Below, one piece after another: positions 13,280 to 26,106 of a stretch of DNA of 64,000 nucleotides. The position numbers were made by a program, and so were the translations under genes. Under the pieces are notes generated by a model. It searched no databases and was not told the origin of the DNA. It saw nothing but the letters and a program-made list of their open reading frames with translations. Source of the stretch: Parasitella parasitica NRRL 2501. Lineage: Eukaryota; Fungi; Mucoromycota. Each line of letters begins with the position of its first letter. Within the stretch, counting starts at the first letter, position 1. The stretch spans positions 1-64,000 of the forward strand of contig MU619267.1 of assembly GCA_025201805.1 (NCBI GenBank), given 5' to 3'.

Positions 13280-15113
13280 TTATTGTTCCCTGGATAGTTT
13301 ACAATGTGTTAGTTGATCGAGTAATACGAGACACAGAAAAAAAAAGTTGACATACGTGAAAATAAACAGGTTGTTGGTTGCAGCAATCGCGATGGTATTC
13401 TCTTGGGGATGCCAAGAGGAATGTAAAATCTTCTTATTAAAGTCCATGTTGTCGGCATTAGGGTTTGTGTTTCTGGCCATAGACATCTTGTTCTTTGAAG
13501 AGCCAAGGCGCTTGGATCTGAACGCACTCTTATCTGCTTGAAGAGCGATGTCTGTTTTGCCCTCACGATCATACAAATGGAACATGTTATTATAAGAGCC
13601 TGTCATGACATGGCTATATCAAACAAAAAGAGTCAGATGCGACTGTCAGATACGTGGAACCACTCATACCTGTCATCACCACTGAAGGTACACTCGAATT
13701 TATCGAAAATGCAGTCATTTTCGTACAAATCACACAATCTAGCTCTCAACTGATCATGGATGTTGATCGTTTGCACAGGCTTATTATCCATATTAATATC
13801 CCAAATCTTCAATGTCAAGTAATCTCTTGAAAGAATGAATCGGCCATCGTGACTAAAGTTGATGTCAGAGACAGAAGAGATAATCTCGGAAAAGAATGAA
13901 CGATGAGCAGGATCTTCAGCCTCTTCGAAAACTGGGAAGAACGAGAACCACCAAGTCAACAAAAATCACATCATTACATCATTACTTTTTTTTTTTTTTA
14001 CCTTTAGCATGGTGATCGCACAAAGCAGATTCTCTCATATCACTCAACTTGATGGTTCCCTTACTAGAACTATACATGAAGACATTACACTGCTCAGGGT
14101 GAAATTCTGCAGCTGTAATAACTTCGGTCAACTCTTCCATATTGGCAGGTTTAATGTCCACAATATCTAATCCTAAATGTTAGCCACATCATAGCTTACT
14201 TCCGATCTTGGATATTTACTGAAGCTTTGATCTGAAACATCCAAATTCCAAAGATTAACTCTTAAATCATCAGCAGAAATGTATGTTTCGCTATCAGAGT
14301 TGATCGATATGGAGTTGATGTGGTAAGTGTGGGCTATAATAACAAATGAGTACATGGTCTCTGTATCGTATTCGAACCACACTTTACCGTTTGCATAGAC
14401 TTTTCTTGGTACAGCAGCAACAATGGTATCGTGATGAGTCAACTTGGGTAAACGAAGGGTATTGACAGGAGCATTGTTAGGAGCGATACTATTTTCAGTC
14501 ACCAATTTCAACGATTTATCAAATACTTTCCACAACTTGATAGTTTTATCTAATTTCATGATCTTTAAGCAATATGCATATCACCGTGCTTATTATACTT
14601 ACCATTGGTTGATAACAAAAAGTGTGCTGAATTCTGTCTTTTACACCATTTGATCTTGTTGATCTTTTCCTCAATTTCCAGACTCTTCAAATAGTCAAAT
14701 TCTGCTTCGTGCGATTGGAATTCGGTGTAAAAACGATATTCACAGTTCTTTTTCTATGCAGTTTAAAGGAAAGCTCAGCAGACGACTACAATGGTAGATT
14801 GCTGTATACTCACACTCTCATTTCTCTCGAATAAAACAACGCGTCCGCCTTTGTCACCCGTAGCAAGGTAATCACCAGTTTGATCAAATTCAACGGTTGA
14901 GATGATATCGGCTACATATGCAAATGTTATTTCATTTATGGCATAGGTCTTTCTTTGTCTTGCGCACCCCTCTCTACCTCCCCTTCCTCTCTCTCCCCTC
15001 TTTTTTGTGATTTTTTTTTTGTTGATGAAAAAAAGCTTACCATCAGTGATATCATCCGAGTCGCCTTTGTCACCAAAGCACTGGGCAAATTTCCAGTTAT
15101 GTTCTTCAGACAT
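13280..15113 (-). CDS. CDC55: Protein phosphatase 2A regulatory subunit B55, multi-exon
   Basis: [91 protein letters not shown]. Confidence 0.95.
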
Positions 15114-15635
15114 AATGCGCAATAAAGTCGATTTAGCAAACGAAAAAAAAAAAAGGTTTAGAAGAGAAAAGAGAGAGAAAAAAATATTTTTGTCTACATG
15201 TTGGGTTGCATTCATACATCTGTATTGCGTTTTAAATGCCAGCCTTTCTTGGTGAAGAAACAACCTTTCTTAATAAAGGATTCTCGGGGAAAGACTCTCT
15301 TGATCTGCTTATATTGATGGAATAGCGTCTCTGCTATATTTTGTTTACTTTTGTTTCAAGATTCTACCTTGGGTACAGCATGAATCGAAGGTAAATGTTC
15401 ATGCTGTGAATGATGTCAGCTTTAAATACGGGGAAATTCGTGATACCTTGTGAAGAAGGTTACTGATGTTGCATGCAAATCAAAACCCGGAGTGACACCC
15501 TCAAGGAAGGGGGGCTGGGGTCGCTGTTCATTGGGTAGATATATCTACAGAAGCAACTTCTTTGACCAAAATGTGTGTCATTCAACGGCTATCAAAATTC
15601 TTTTTTTTTTTTTTTGCAATCCATACCTAACTCAT

Positions 15636-16898
15636 ATGTCCATTCACGGTGGTAAAAAGCTTGTTTGCCACGATGCACTTGGGTACATATTTATGACAGC
15701 TGCAAGGTCAAGCATACAACGACGAAAATTATCTTCTTTTGCTGTGGAGCACATCAAAAATTCTACCATGGCAACAACCGAAATCAAAGCACCCTCAGCC
15801 ATTACGGCTGAAGCCATAGCCGCCAAACGAGCAAAAGGAAAAGAAATGCACGAATACAGCCAAAGATTAAAAGCGTATGCATTGAGGTTTAAGAAACGAG
15901 AGCAAAGTCAAGTCCAAGCTTCTGCCATTATCAAAGAAATGAAACAAAAAGGACTTCAACCTTCGAATCAAAGCTACCTGCAATTGCTTATGGGTATATC
16001 TTTGCAGCGACATCGAACACACAAACAAAACAAACGGATGGAATTATGGTTCGACGAGCTTTTGAAACTGGAATTAGTCAAAAGAAACCCATGGCCAAAG
16101 CTCAAGAAGGCTATAATAGCCATGTCATTCAAGGGCCACCCAAACATGAAGGCAATGTTTTTGAAACTGGATAGCTTGTATACAGTGCAGGATAGTGAAT
16201 GTTGGAATGCAGCCATCAAGGGATGTGTGAGGGATCGCCAGTTGCAGGACGCCCAAGAACTGTTGGTGATGGCTCGAGAACGACGACTGACAAATTCGAA
16301 TAGCTACCAAATTCTGATTGACATGTATCTCTTCCTGCAAGATCAGCCATCGGCCAGCCGAATATTTTCACTGATGGTAGAGCATAGCGTGGCAGTTGAT
16401 TTCTCTGTTTTTGAGTCGTTTATTACATACTACATATCACTGCCAGCAAGTAGTGACAATAACCAAACATTGGAACGACTGTGGCAAGCACTGCTCATGA
16501 CAAGCACAGAAAATATACCACATGAGACGATATATAAGCTACTCAAGTACTATGGAGTGCATAAGAACTTTGCAAGTGGAGAGCAATTGTATTTGGATCT
16601 CAAGTCAAGACAGCAGAGACTGGATGAAAAGTGTGTAGGCGAGCTACACAAGATTATCATTGGGTTCTCCAACGAAAGAAAGCTATTTTCGGCATTGTCG
16701 TTGATGTATGATTTATTAGGGCAAGGATACGATCCAAGCAGTAAAGTGCTATGTAAAATATTAGAAGGATGTATAAAACGCAACGATAAAGACGCAGCTC
16801 GTCAAATCATGAGCATAGTCCAAGAAGTTAGCCCTCAGACGAAGCTGTTGTTGACTAGAAAATGTTTTTCTGCCCTCAATGATCCAAGACAAAAATAG
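15636..16898 (+). CDS. Pentatricopeptide-repeat (PPR) protein, probably mitochondrial
   Basis: Repeats such as IIKEMKQKGLQPSNQSYLQLL, WNAAIKGCVRDRQLQDAQELL, LLGQGYDPSSKVLCKILEGC. Basic N-terminus. Start chosen at the first plausible ATG. Confidence 0.75.
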   Translation: MSIHGGKKLVCHDALGYIFMTAARSSIQRRKLSSFAVEHIKNSTMATTEIKAPSAITAEAIAAKRAKGKEMHEYSQRLKAYALRFKKREQSQVQASAIIKEMKQKGLQPSNQSYLQLLMGISLQRHRTHKQNKRMELWFDELLKLELVKRNPWPKLKKAIIAMSFKGHPNMKAMFLKLDSLYTVQDSECWNAAIKGCVRDRQLQDAQELLVMARERRLTNSNSYQILIDMYLFLQDQPSASRIFSLMVEHSVAVDFSVFESFITYYISLPASSDNNQTLERLWQALLMTSTENIPHETIYKLLKYYGVHKNFASGEQLYLDLKSRQQRLDEKCVGELHKIIIGFSNERKLFSALSLMYDLLGQGYDPSSKVLCKILEGCIKRNDKDAARQIMSIVQEVSPQTKLLLTRKCFSALNDPRQK

Positions 16899-17321
16899 AA
16901 GAAAAAAGTTAGTACTACAGCATACAGCATACCCCCCCCCCGCCCCACCCCTTCTCCCCACTTCCGTTTTACATCCATGCACCTTCCCCTCGTGGAGTAG
17001 AAATTGCTCCACAATCAAATAAATTGCGTTTAATTGTGTTTATTGTATATGTGATTCCTTGGACAGACTAATTTTTTCTGGCAAATATGTGCACAAATTA
17101 CTAATTTTGGTTATTTTATACCACTACATGTTGCACTTGTTTATTAATTGAGGTGAGAACAAGAAAACGGATGGACGCCTGGTTTTGGCGGCTATTCAAA
17201 GCCGACTAATGAAAGATGATCCTTTCAAGCTATAAAATTTTCTCTTTTTCTTTTGTTCCATTTATCACCTCTTTCTCTTCCATTTATAACTATACATTTA
17301 CACATTTACACATTTACACAC

Positions 17322-19985
17322 ATGATACAGCAAGAGAAAATGAATCGATTTACGGGGGCATTGTATCGATTCTGGGATACTCGCATTCATTTTCTGGAGC
17401 TACATTATCTATACATTTTGACCATCACGTTTGTGTTTTCCGGTTTGTATTATTGTGAGTCAGGCACAGACTGGAATTATATCGACGCTTTGTTTATGGC
17501 TACTACTGGCTCTACCGACACTGGCTTAAACACTATCGCCATGTCCGCCATGTCAACTTACCATATGGTACTGCTATACCTCACTTCTTTCCTGGGATCA
17601 CATGTAACTGTCTCTTTTGTTGTCGTAATGGTTCGAAGATACTACTTTTCGAAAAGGTTCGAGAAGGAATTGGAATACAACAAAAGACGGAAAGAGGAAT
17701 ATAAGCAGCAGAAACTGCTAAGAGAACAACGGGAGCAAGAAAAGGAAGAGCAGCAGCGGATGTCATCCGACGGCAGCAGCACCATCGCAGCCAAAACGAG
17801 CAGAAAATCAGAGATCATTACGGGTCCAATCCGCCGTCGCATGTCCCTGATCTCTGTACGCTCAACGCCTGCACAAAGCTCCAAGAAGCTGTCGCTGTTC
17901 AACTTTAAAAAGAGAGGCTCGTTCGACACACACACGGCTAGAGTCAGTAATATTGTCGTGCACCATCCCAATTACAACTACAATGAAAGTGGCTGTAGTG
18001 ATGCGAGTCCCAGCGATGCTAATTACAGCTCACTCCAGATGTGTGACAGCAACCAGCAGAAGGACCAAGACGAAAAAGAAGCTGCTGCAGATGACGACAA
18101 TGAAAATGCCAACATTGAATGCATCACAGGCACGCATCCCTGCGACAACACGCCATGCAATAGTACTGTTAGCAATGATGACAACCTATCACAAGGACAA
18201 GAAAAAACTGCTATTTCGTTTATGGAAGATCAAGACGACAAACCTGTAAACAACTCATCAAATGCAACAAACACAAACAACAATCATCAAATTACCTTTA
18301 CAGAAGATACCAATGTGCTTCGTGAGCGCGAACGCAGAAAGCTATTGAAGAACAGAAACGAAGACAACAGCAACTTTGAGCAGTTGCCCTTGCAACGCAC
18401 AAATTCAGAATATGAAATCATGAGACAGCCATCTGCAAAATCAGAGCTCACAAAGGATGAGCGTTATAGGATTGGTGGCACTGAATATCGCGCCTTGGAG
18501 ATGCTGGCTAGAATCGTCCCTATATATTATCTAGGCTTCATCATCGGTTTTGGCTTTCTTTTCCGTATCTACGTGGCGGCTTCTTCCTACGCCCAAGAAG
18601 TCCTCAAGACGTCGAACCCCACTGGCCCTGTTGATCCATGGTTTTTTAGCATGTTTATGAGTCTTTCAGCCTTTACAAACTTGGGTCTAAACCATCTGGA
18701 TGCAAGCATGGCACCCTTCCAGAATGCTCCTGCTCCTTTGATCTTGGCCATCTTGTTGATTTTGGTAGGAAATACCGCCTTTGCAATTTTGCTTCGATTT
18801 ATCATTTGGTTTTGTTACGTTCTGACACCAGAGCGCAAAGTGATGCGTCGTGAAACGTTTCGTTACCTGCTGGACCATCCAAGACGGTGCTACACTACCT
18901 TGTTTCCTTCTACGCAAACGTGGTGGCTTTTGATCGTATTGATTGCAATCACTCTGGTTGAATTGATCTGCTTTCTTGCATTAAACTACTGGCTGCCTGT
19001 GTTGGCCGGTATTAGCTGGGGCTCCAGATTTCTTGACGGGTTGTTCCAGTCGGTGGCCACTAGAAATGGTAAGTTTTTTTTTTTTTTCTATAATGCACAA
19101 CGATTGAATGCAAGCTTAACTCTGGATTGTTATCATTAGCTGGTTTCAGTGTTGTCAGCCTTGCAGATCTGAATCCAGGTGCTCAGCTGGTGTACATTAT
19201 TGCAATGTACATCAGTGTTTACCCCGTGGCCATTTCCATGCGAAACAGTAACATCTACCAGGTAAAACCAATATTTTCAGCATACTAAGACGACAAACTA
19301 ACCATGTCTAAATATAGGAACGTGCATTAGGCATATTTCGAGGCGAGGATGAAGAGCCAGTAAAGTTTTCCGATCTCGAGCTAGCAGAGGCTCCATTTAT
19401 CAAGTTGAAAAGACACTCGACAATGACAAGCATTGCTCAAAACACCAAGAAGCTGCTCAAAGGCCCTGATTTTTTTGTTATTACTCAAATCCAAAGACAA
19501 CTGACAAGCGACATTTGCTGGGTTATCACAGGCATATTCTGCATCTGTGTGATCGAAGCTGAATCCATCATGTCGCCGTCTCCTGTCACCATGGCAACTG
19601 TAATTTACGAATGCGTTTCAGCTTTTGGTAACGTAGGTGCATCTACTGGCTATCCCAACACGGCTACTTCGCAAGCGGCTCAGTATCGCACTTTAAGTAA
19701 GCTCGTTTTGATTATCCTCATGTATAGAGGAAGGCACAGAGGTAAGCACGGGTTCTGTTGTACGCTGCATGGCATGGCACTAAGATATATTATACAGGTT
19801 TGCCCGCTTCTATTGATAGATCCATCCTATTGCCATCTGATGCACTTGCTGAAAAGGAAATGGAGGACGAGGAAAGAAGACGTAATACCTCTGCATCTTT
19901 GCAGCTTGTAAATGACAGTGCCACGAGCACTGGTGTTCAAGGATCGCCCGATCACTTGATTTATACTAGATCTTGTACTTTGTAA
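17322..19985 (+). CDS. TRK1: Trk/HKT-family potassium transporter, 4 exons
   Basis: YIDALFMATTGSTDTGLNT, RIGGTEYRAL, SAFTNLGL, FRYLLDHPRRCYTTLFPS, FQSVATRNAGF, MYISVYP, YECVSAFGNVG, RGRHRGLP. Confidence 0.92.
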
Positions 19986-20072
19986 ACGTTAGAGTTGGCC
20001 CACATATATACCCCTTTTAAGCTAATCATATATTTATTTATTTATACATGTATAAAGCGTGGTTTTTGATAT

Positions 20073-20723
20073 TCATTTATTATTTACAAGTTGGTTTGCT
20101 GAAATTTGGTGTCTTTCACAAATGCCCTCAAAAACTCGCCAATAATCCCAATATCCATATAAGCTTGCCATATTGTAGACTTGACTGGCTAGTCTAGTTA
20201 GTTGAGGTTGGGAGCTGGGCCACATCTGACATAATTCCATCATTTCAGCAGGTTTTGCACAGTGCTCTATATCAGGTACTGTATTTGTGTCAGAAGCTGC
20301 GTAACTTTTGGCCTCTTGACCCTGTGATGTATTGTCAAACTGAACTATTTGCAAAGTAAATACAGAGGGCTGATCTGTACATGATAAGATGCCTAATAGG
20401 TCTGACGAAATGTTTATAAGGCCATGTACTGCTTTGCCCACAGACGCCTTGTTTTGCTTGAATGCTTGCGATAATAACGTCAATGTCTCTTCTTCAAAAC
20501 GATGTGATGATGCAGCGAGTTGAAGTACGTGCTTTTCAAGGGTTGGGTATATATTGGGAGGCGACTGAACAAAGCAGGATATGCTGATAGTATTACCAAA
20601 TGCCCATTGGGGAGTACCGAGCTCATTCTCCTCCTCTTCTTCTGCCGTTAGTGCCTGTGTCGAGCTTTTGATTGCAAACGGGATGGTGAGATAACCTAGT
20701 GCTATTGTTACAGAGAGTGTCAT
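20073..20723 (-). CDS. Uncharacterised 216-aa protein resembling the C-terminal half of Integrator subunit 14
   Basis: Intact single-exon ORF. FGNTISISCFV..P.LEKHVL, KSYA and MASLYGYWD..ICER segments resemble INTS14 as I recall it. Confidence 0.5.
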   Translation of the reverse strand: MTLSVTIALGYLTIPFAIKSSTQALTAEEEEENELGTPQWAFGNTISISCFVQSPPNIYPTLEKHVLQLAASSHRFEEETLTLLSQAFKQNKASVGKAVHGLINISSDLLGILSCTDQPSVFTLQIVQFDNTSQGQEAKSYAASDTNTVPDIEHCAKPAEMMELCQMWPSSQPQLTRLASQVYNMASLYGYWDYWRVFEGICERHQISANQLVNNK

Positions 20724-21084
20724 GAAAAAGGAAAAATAATTAACATTTCATGACTGCAAAAACCTTTTCAGTTTGATTCGAAACCCATTTATTGTGCTGT
20801 ATATCCCATCGTCTATTCTGGTCAAATGTGCACTATATGCCGATATATATTCTGCAAGACTTTCATTTTTAGATAAACAACTAAAATTGTACGCTATGGT
20901 CACGCTATTTGTTTAATATTGAACCTTTATCAAGCGGATGTATACAGTAGATGTGCCTATGGGACTCAAGGATTACGATGCATTCTTGTTTCATGCAATA
21001 GGACATGAATGTGACCATTAGAGGCATAAAATTTCCCGTATTGTGTTTCCTGCAGGAAAAATAACTTTCTTTACAGTGTAATAA

Positions 21085-21814
21085 ATGTCAAGTAGTAAAA
21101 ACAAGGCTCCTCATTACTCGGTAGAATCTTCCAAATCGCCAACTAAAGGTATATTACAAAAGTCTCACGACTTTGAAGAACACGAAACGCCCGAGCACAA
21201 GTAAGTAGCACCTGCAATGAAGAAAAAGTATATGATCATTGATGATATATAAAATGAGTTAGATTAAAATGGGATGAACCCAAACTCAAGGCTGCTGAAA
21301 AGCAACAGAGAGGCCAAGTCTTGATGAAGATAAATGAACCAAATACGCCGTATATCAGGTATGACCCTGTCACGGATAAAGTTACAAATTGGGAAGGTAT
21401 GTGTTTGTGCACTGTGTGTATATACTGCATGTTGTATATGTAACTTACAGGCGATTAGACCTTCCCGAGAATATAAGATCCGCGCACGAAGAGCCCGATG
21501 AATTTGCTTTAGATGATCAAGACGGGGGATTATCGAAAACGCCCAAAAAAGCAGGTATTGCATTTGCAAATGAGTCAGACGAATGGCAAAAGATAGACGA
21601 AAAAGAGAAAAGAGACAGGGAAGACGCAGGTACGTGATTTATTTTATTTTATTGTTTTGCCTTCAATCAAAGTGAATATCACCTAACAATTATGTAAGCT
21701 CGGAAACGCCACGAAGAGTTTGAAAAGAAGAGGGCCCATCATTATTATCATGCTGGAGATGTGCTACATGAAGCTTTTCTAGATGATAAGAACGAAAACA
21801 AAACGTCGAATTGA
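21085..21814 (+). CDS. Protein phosphatase 1 inhibitor-2 (IPP-2/Glc8 family), 4 exons
   Basis: Spliced motifs KGILQK (SILK-like), LKWDE, MKINEPNTPYIRYDP, HEEFEKKRAHHY. Confidence 0.88.
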
Positions 21815-23872
21815 ACCATGAGTTCCCGGCCAATATGTCTCAAATAAATAATCATAATTCGTTCTTTCTTTCTGCCCTTTTTGCCCTCTTGTTCTTTATT
21901 GCGTCGAATAATGTTAACGCATCATGGCAATGTTTCGTCGCCCTTGTGCGCAAATATTCCAAGCATTAGTAAACCGGTATTACACGTAGAACCTCGTTAC
22001 TGTACACGGCTCGAATTTATGAATAACAAGTGGGTTCCAATTGATCTTCAAGGCATGTTTGTCGATTTACGGGATAGCCATTTTTCAAGTACTAACAAAG
22101 TACGAGTCTTTCCTAAATCATGCCATCTCAGCTTTTTAGGGTCAAGATATACAATTTCAAAGGTAATGCAAATAGATGCTTGGAGATCTCTAGGAACCAT
22201 CTGATATACATAATCACAAATATCATTAGCAAATTCACAGCTCTTTATTATTCCACTAACAATTGTAATAATAATATAAATAACTATATTGCATATGACA
22301 AAAACCCTTGTCTTCTATTGCGTGATAAACGTCTCTACAATATAAACGAAAAGAGAGTGCTGTCATGCATACCGGTGTTTATTCTGATAAACTGTGACAA
22401 TACACTGTCAAGAGATTTTGTTTGGTAGTAAAAGATGACCTTGTAAGGCAAATACAGGATATAATCGAGTGTTTTAGCAGTTTACTTTGCTATTATTTAC
22501 CATAAATTTATATAGTTGCAAAAGGTATAAATAGCAGATGCAATTTCGATCTTCAATAAAGTATTATAAAGTTTTCGTATCTCGCTAACCTCTGGTTTTA
22601 TCTTTTTTTATATTCAACATGTGGATTATTGAATTTTTTTTTTTTCTTTTTTTGGTGATCCTGTAGTGGTTATAATAAAAAAGTATGTATCAGATAGCAT
22701 ACACCCTTGATTTTGGTAAAGTGTTCAATTATTTGGCATAAGCTATGATCAAAAGTGTTACTTATTTCTACATAAAATAGTTATTTGGACATGCTTTTAA
22801 GACTTCAGTTATTATTGTGATAAAGTACAATTATCTAGTAGATTAATGTATTTCTAATTGCGAACATTGCTATCTTGGCCATTACCTATTATATAATATA
22901 TGTGGATATTACTGGAAAAGTAATTGGCAGCAATATATATGAGGCAAATTTATGGTAATAAACTCCTTTATGATAGTGTTGATTAGAAGGGACAGATCAG
23001 TTGTAATAGTAAAAACTATTTAGACTTTTAATCATAGTAATAAGTAAGATTAGAATAAGAAGAACCTGATATTTTCATCAAGGTTCCGATATCTGGTAAG
23101 AGACTAAGCCTTATTTAATTAATCTGGATGCTTCATGTAAAATGAGACATCATGTAATGTAAATCATTTCAATTAAATATATCATACCTGGCATGTCCAT
23201 TCAAAAAATCACTTCTTTTTGTATTTTATGTCACTGTATCGAATAAATTTAAAACTGATGGTATTTTCGTCTGATTCATTCTTCTACTTTTACGTTTGCT
23301 ACAAGATCTTCATCTTCGTTTTTTTCTATAATTTTAGCAATACAATTTATGGTCAGGCAGGTGAAGTGATATATTACTAATGCTTTAAATAAGAACTTTT
23401 GTTTTCTAATGAGATGTCATATTATTAATAATCAATGTTAATTAGTGATAAACTTTATCAACTAATTAATACAGCATTGAATTAAAAACGTTGACTTACC
23501 AACTTGAGATACGCTCGGCTAAAGTGTAATTGAGAGCTAAGAAAATATACATACACTTCTTTTTTTAATTACTACGTATATATTTACCGCTATTTGCACG
23601 TCATTAAGGCCATCAATATGAACATGTTTAAGAAGTTTTCATCTACATGTATACCACATTGCCACAGTAATTGTTATTGGACATGTTTTCTTCGTTCATT
23701 AGCATTACAACCCTTCAAATCATCATATATACAATCGAAAGAAAACAAATGTTGATGGTTTCAAACTAATTGCATTTATATGTACATACACATAAGCTTT
23801 TTTTTTATTCTGTCTTACGTATATATGCATACAAAGATATAAATGATGGAATGATGATAAAAGGGTTTTTTT

Positions 23873-25419
23873 TTACATGATAATGCAATCTTCCTGAGAC
23901 ATACTCTTCTTCTCAGTAGAAATCTTTTGCTCGGTTGATTTGCCCTGGATTTTTTGTATAGCACGTTTATCGCCATTTTCAGCAGCTTTTTTGTACCATT
24001 CAGTCGCCTGGAAAGAGTCCTTTTGGCATCCAATGCCCACTTCGGAAAAGTAACCAACAGCATACTGGGCTTTCGGTAGCCCTTTATCAGCAGCACGCTT
24101 AGCCCAGATATATGCATTCTCATCCGATTGAGGCAAGATACCAGGAGAGCCAACAAGATACCAAGCTGTCAGTGCAAAGCAAGCGTCCTTATTCCCTGAC
24201 TCAGCTGCAATGGTATAATAATGAATAGAGAGCGCCGAGTCAGGTCGCAGATTGAGTTTGCCGTATTCGTACCATTCGCCCAACTTGAAGGCTGCGGCAC
24301 CATGACCCATTTCAGCGGCCTGATTCAACAAGACAATAGAGTATTCTAAATCTACAAAAATAACATTTGGTATGCCACTGATATGCAATAAAGCTAACTC
24401 GTAGATAGCATCTGGATATTCTGGTGTTGCTGCTTCGACTGAGAGATTAAGCCATTTAACAGCTTCTTTACTATTTTGTGAAACTCCAATCTCACCATTC
24501 ATGTAAGCCAAACCTAAGCGATACATGGAACCTGGATGGCCCAAAGAGGCCGCTTTTCTATAATATAAATATCAACATGTGATTCTGCAATAACCTCAAT
24601 AAACACATGATAGATGACCTACTTGTAGAATTGCACAGCTTTTGCACCATTCCGACGACATCCCAAGCCATACTCATAGCATTTACCAGCTCTTGGGTCA
24701 ATAATATTCAATATCAGCATTTCGCATATTCATTTATAAAATTTGACCCAACAAATTCAGCCGATATTACAAGCAATTTACCTGTCAGAAGCATCGGTAT
24801 GGAAATGCTTGGATGCTTGTACGTATAGAGAAAATGCTTTGTCCAAATCTGGCCTGCCTTTCTTATCCAATAGACCGTCGTCGAATAATTTTGCAAGGCT
24901 GTATTGAGCATTAGCATGTCCTTTCATTGATAGTTGTTTCAAAAGCTTCTCAGCCTCCGAAAGATATTGATGTTTACTTGTAGCCTCGCCATCTGGTAAT
25001 TGCTTTGCAGCCTCAATCATGAAAATAGCAAAATCACATTGGATATCAGGGTTATTGGTTTTTTGGGCATTTTCTCTATACATGTTAATTGTTTTTGCGT
25101 ACGATAAAAGCGAGGCGTCTCTTCCAGGCTTTAGGTGTGAATGATTTAACAGCTGCTCTGATTGAGGCGATGTTACACCATTATTAGTTGTACTGCTGCT
25201 TGACGATCTCGATGTGTTTGGAATAGAGCTAAATGAATCATGGCCAAATGAATCGTTGACTGATGAGCTTGCAAGTGACGAACTCGCGCTATGAGTGGAA
25301 GGGTTTGACGAAATTGTATCAGGAGAAAGAACTTGCCTGTTGCTTAGCAAAATGTCATTGGCAGGTCTTTTTAACATGATGGTTTCAATTGAAGCATTTG
25401 GAGATGTAATTTCTCCCAT
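23873..25419 (-). CDS. Sel1-repeat protein, chitin synthase activator Chs4/Skt5-like, 3 exons
   Basis: YRENAQKTNNPDIQCDFA, multiple Sel1 repeats, SIHYYTIAA, FALTAWYLVGSPGIL, GLPKAQYAVGYFSEVGIG, C-terminal CaaX CIIM. Confidence 0.9.
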
Positions 25420-25651
25420 TATTTTTTTTTTTTAAGAAAAAAGGAAGAAGAATAATGAGCTTCACCTCTAACGCTTAGTTCCGTATCTATTTTAGTTTTC
25501 TACTGATGTATTTATAAAAAGATTTTCTGTCTCACTTTGATGGCATTTATTTGCACGGATATGCAAATTCTCATTTTGGCTTTAAATCTACGGTCACCAA
25601 GCGCGCATCATATGCTGCTATTTTTCGTTTTTACCTTCGTATTGATCAAAG

Positions 25652-26086
25652 ATGACTGATATTGCAGGATATGCTTATGGCTTGACAGTATTTGCTGGTG
25701 GCCTTGTCGGTTTCATCAAAGGTATATGTTACTGGACAATTGAAAATCGGTTATGAAAGCTAATCAGTTTCGCAACAAACAGCAAAAAGCATAATGTCTC
25801 TCTTGGCTGGTAGCTTATTCGGCATATTAGCCTGTTTAGGCGCATCTCAAGTATCAAAGAACCCTAAAAACGTTACTTTATCTTTGATTGTCAGCCTTAT
25901 ACTTTTATGCGTTATGGGTGGGCGTTTCTATCGTGGACGTAAATTCATGCCTGCTGGGCTCGTGACATTACTCAGGTATATATTAAATGATTCTGTGTCT
26001 TGCTGATTAAAAAAGTTATTAAAGAACGCATTTACGATAGTCTAATTATGGTGCTTCGTTACGCTACTCGTTTAATTTCGAAATAA
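25652..26086 (+). CDS. TMEM14-family small membrane protein, 3 exons
   Basis: MTDIAGYAYGLTVFAGGLVGFIK/AKSIMSLLAGSLFG...RFYRGRKFMPAGL. Confidence 0.88.
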
Positions 26087-26106
26087 ACCCTCCTTTTTTT
26101 ATTACG

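Noticed and set aside
22200-23800. 1.6 kb very AT-rich stretch, considered as centromere-like or ncRNA
   Set aside because: No repeat, motif or structure that I can support
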